Origin: an uncultured Gammaproteobacteria bacterium
Lineage (GTDB): Bacteria > Pseudomonadota > Gammaproteobacteria > DRLM01
Direction of reading: 5' to 3'
Assembly (NCBI GenBank): GCA_963729605.1
Contig: CAVSNY010000007.1
Span: 512,001 to 576,000, forward strand
DNA: 64,000 nt
Part shown: positions 61,296 to 64,000 of the stretch, piece by piece
How positions within the stretch are numbered: position 1 is the stretch's first letter
How the letters are laid out: the number at the start of each line of letters is the position of its first letter
Position numbers and translations under genes: made by a program
The notes under the pieces: model-generated
The model's input: only the letters and a program-made list of their open reading frames with translations
What the model was told of the DNA's origin: nothing
Databases searched by the model: none

Positions 61296-62612
61296 ATGTT
61301 CGTTTGGGAACTGGTCGTCATCTTTTTGCTGATTCTGTTGAACGGGGCCTTCGCCATGTCGGAAATGGCGGTCGTCTCGTCGCGGCGGGCGCGCTTGAAA
61401 ATGATGGTCACCCGCGGCTCGCGCGGCGCCGGCCTGGCCTTGCGGCTGATCGACGATCCCAGCCGCTTTCTTTCCACCGTGCAGATCGGCATCACCCTGA
61501 TCGGCATCGTGGCGGGTGCCTACGGCGGCGCCACCCTCGGAGAAGAACTCGGCGCCTGGCTCAATACCTTCCCGTTGTTCGAGCCTTACGGCGGGGCGCT
61601 GGGGTTCGGCATCGTCATCATGGCGATCACTTATCTTTCGCTGATTTTCGGCGAGCTGGTGCCCAAACGGGTGGCCTTGCACAGCCCCGAGCGCATCGCG
61701 ATCTTGGCGGCGGCGCCGATGATGCTGATCTCCAAGGTGGCGGCCCCGCTGGTGTGGCTGCTCAAACTGTCCATCGACGCGGTGCTGCGCGTGCTCAAGC
61801 GCGACACCGCGCGCGAGACGGCGGTGACCGAGGACGAGGTCAAGTCGCTCATCAGCGAAGGGACCCTGGCCGGCATTTTCGTCCCCGCGGAACGGGAGAT
61901 GATCGAAGGCGTATTGCGCCTCGCCGATCGCGCGGTGCGGGTCATCATGACCCCGCGTAACGACGTGGCGTGGCTGGATGTCGGCGACACGCCGGCCCAG
62001 GTACGGCGCAAGATCAGTCAGGCGGGATTCTCCCGCTTTCCGGTTTGCCGCGGGGCGCTGGACGAACTCATCGGCGTCGTCCACACCAAGGATCTGCTCG
62101 ACGCCGCCTTGCGCGGCGAAACGCTTTCGCTGGTCAAACACGCCGTCGAACCCATGGTGGTGCCGGAAGGAACGTCGGTGCTGCGCCTGCTGGAACAGTT
62201 CAAGAAAACCGGCGTGCATATCGCGGTGATCGTCGATGAGTTCGGCATGGTGGAAGGCATCGCCACGCTCACCGATATCCTGGAGGCGATCGTCGGTGAA
62301 TTGCCCGAGCAAGGTGAAACCGCCTTGCCGGAGGCCGTGCAGCGCGAGGACGGCTCGTGGCTGGTGGACGGCATGATGCCGATGGATGAATTCGAGGACC
62401 GCGTCGGTCTGCACGGCCTGCGCGCGCCGGGAAAATACGAAACCGTCGGCGGTTTCATCTTGCACGTCCTGGGGCACTTCCCCGTGACCGGCGAAAATTT
62501 TCTGCATGACGGCACCCGTTTTGAAGTCGTGGACATGGACGGCCGCCGCGTCGACAAGGTGTTGGTACATCCGCAGTCAAACGATGATAAAGGCGAGACC
62601 ACCGACTTGTGA
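61296..62612 (+). CDS. Hemolysin-family CNNM/CBS/CorC transporter-associated protein
   Basis: FAMSEMAVVSSR, FLSTVQIGIT, GELVPK, MTPR, FSRFPV and VDEFG. Confidence 0.93.
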   Translation: MFVWELVVIFLLILLNGAFAMSEMAVVSSRRARLKMMVTRGSRGAGLALRLIDDPSRFLSTVQIGITLIGIVAGAYGGATLGEELGAWLNTFPLFEPYGGALGFGIVIMAITYLSLIFGELVPKRVALHSPERIAILAAAPMMLISKVAAPLVWLLKLSIDAVLRVLKRDTARETAVTEDEVKSLISEGTLAGIFVPAEREMIEGVLRLADRAVRVIMTPRNDVAWLDVGDTPAQVRRKISQAGFSRFPVCRGALDELIGVVHTKDLLDAALRGETLSLVKHAVEPMVVPEGTSVLRLLEQFKKTGVHIAVIVDEFGMVEGIATLTDILEAIVGELPEQGETALPEAVQREDGSWLVDGMMPMDEFEDRVGLHGLRAPGKYETVGGFILHVLGHFPVTGENFLHDGTRFEVVDMDGRRVDKVLVHPQSNDDKGETTDL

Positions 62613-62682
62613 TCGGTGGATGATCGTTGCGCTCAACCCGGTTGCGTAGAATCTCGGCAGGACCGCCGCAAAAGACGCCCGC

Positions 62683-63516
62683 TCACGCCGTGAACGCCAA
62701 CACGCCCGCCAGATCGCAATGATGCAAACCGGTGTGCGCCTGTGCCCGCACCTTGGGTTTGGCGTGATAGGCGATGCTCAAACCCGCTGCTTTCATCATC
62801 AGCAGGTCGTTGGCGCCGTCGCCCATGGCGATGGCCTGCGCCGGTGTGATGTTCAATTCTTTGCACAGGTCAAACAGGAAATCGCGTTTGCCTTCGGCGC
62901 CGACGATCTTGCCCAGCACGCGGCCGGTGAGTTTGCCGTCAATGATTTCCAGGGTATTGGCGCGCGCGTAGTCGAGGCCCAGGCGTGCCTTCAGCCGTTC
63001 GGTGAAATAGGTGAAGCCGCCGGAGACCAGAGCCACTTTGATGCCGCGTGCTTGCAACCCGGCGAGCAGGATGTCGGCGCCTGGGTTGGGGCGCAAACGT
63101 TCCTGGTAAACATGTTCCAGCGCGGCGGCGTCGAGGCCGGCGAGCAGGCCGACGCGGCGGGTCAGCGATTGTTCAAAATCGAGTTCGCCGCGCATCGCCG
63201 CCTCGGTGATGGCGGCCACTTGCGGTTTCAGTCCGGCGAAGTCGGCGATCTCGTCGATGCACTCGATGTTGATGAGGGTGGAATCCATGTCGGTGATCAG
63301 CAGGCGCACCTGCGCGGGATCGAAATCGTGCGGCAGCGGGTTGATGTCGCAGGGCAGCTCGGCGCGTAGCGTGTGCAGCAGTTCGGCTTGCGGCGGGTGT
63401 GCGGTGTGGACGCGCATGTGATCGGCGCGTTCTTCCAGCGTGCCGCCCAGACGTCGGGCGGTTTCCGCGGCGAGGTCGGCGGTGAGCCGCGGGCCTTGTA
63501 AAATGATGGTGGTCAT
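62683..63516 (-). CDS. serB: Phosphoserine phosphatase SerB
   Basis: DMDSTLINIECIDE, VSGGF and GDGANDL. Confidence 0.96.
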   Translation of the reverse strand: MTTIILQGPRLTADLAAETARRLGGTLEERADHMRVHTAHPPQAELLHTLRAELPCDINPLPHDFDPAQVRLLITDMDSTLINIECIDEIADFAGLKPQVAAITEAAMRGELDFEQSLTRRVGLLAGLDAAALEHVYQERLRPNPGADILLAGLQARGIKVALVSGGFTYFTERLKARLGLDYARANTLEIIDGKLTGRVLGKIVGAEGKRDFLFDLCKELNITPAQAIAMGDGANDLLMMKAAGLSIAYHAKPKVRAQAHTGLHHCDLAGVLAFTA

Positions 63517-63588
63517 GGTGCGCCGTGCGTGAAAAATCAGAAGCGCATCTTAGCAGCCCCGCGCCGGCTTGTGCAGCGCGCGGGTAGC

Positions 63589-64000
63589 TCAAAACTGCAA
63601 TTGGATGACGGCCTGCAGCGCGATCTGCTGGCGGCTGGTGCCCGCCTCGCCGGCCACCGGCGCGCCGCTGTCCATCTCGGCCTTGGCCATGCGGAGCATC
63701 ATGGGCATGGGCGGCGGCGCGCCCGCGCCTTGCACGCTCAGGCGTACTATGCGATAGCTTTTAGCGCCCAGGCTGCGTTGGATGCGGGCGGCGCGTTCCT
63801 TGAAATTTTCCATGGCCTGATCCACCAGCTGCGCCTCGCCGGCGCGCTGGCGGGCGGGCGAGACGATGAACTGCATGCTCTTTATTTGCAGGCGTTGCTG
63901 CAGGGCGCCGGCCAATACGTTGAGGTCCTCGATTTTCTCGCTGCGCAGTATCAAGTGCTGCGTGCCGCGCCAGTGGTGCAGCCGGGTGTCGTCGTAGACC
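63589..64000 (-). CDS. SIMPL (DUF541) domain protein, 3' part; the gene starts beyond the window
   Basis: AMENFKERAARI..SLG..YRIVRLSV..PPPMPMMLRMA..EAGTS C-terminal pattern. Confidence 0.8.
   Translation of the reverse strand, partial: VYDDTRLHHWRGTQHLILRSEKIEDLNVLAGALQQRLQIKSMQFIVSPARQRAGEAQLVDQAMENFKERAARIQRSLGAKSYRIVRLSVQGAGAPPPMPMMLRMAKAEMDSGAPVAGEAGTSRQQIALQAVIQLQF

Overview
A 64-kb chromosomal segment from a GC-rich gammaproteobacterium, made up mostly of core genes. In order: dsbD (partial)-cutA, fxsA, groES-groEL with a CIRCE operator, pilU, glnE-ilvE, and an LPS core/lipid A cluster (ELM1-family protein, LpsB-like GT4, WaaL-like ligase, methyltransferase, GT4, GT2, GT9, lpxL, hldE, hldD, a gmhA remnant, waaA). 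Next come tolC-rhodanese-pcm, a TPP riboswitch with thiC, a membrane PAS-GGDEF-EAL protein, a P-loop ATPase with metA, sseA, a PA2779/PA2778-type precursor-like plus C39-like peptidase pair, msrB and yrfG-nudE-cysQ. A five-gene signalling operon follows (TonB-dependent receptor, YfiR, YfiN-type sensor kinase, response regulator, EAL protein), then tRNA-Phe, yggX-mutY-asmA, tRNA-Gly, thiS-thiG-trmB, a CNNM/CorC protein, serB and a partial SIMPL gene. I saw no CRISPR array, prophage or intact transposase. The intergenic spaces hold several REP/MITE-like palindrome families, a 171-bp tandem duplication and a 13-bp VNTR. Three single-base frameshifts (ilvE, hldE, hldD) suggest some sequencing error. 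The best candidates for uncharacterised systems are the TBDR-YfiR-kinase-phosphodiesterase relay, the PA2779/PA2778 pair with a double-glycine-like site, and a five-hairpin element present twice with covarying stems. All family assignments come from motif recognition by eye, not database searches.
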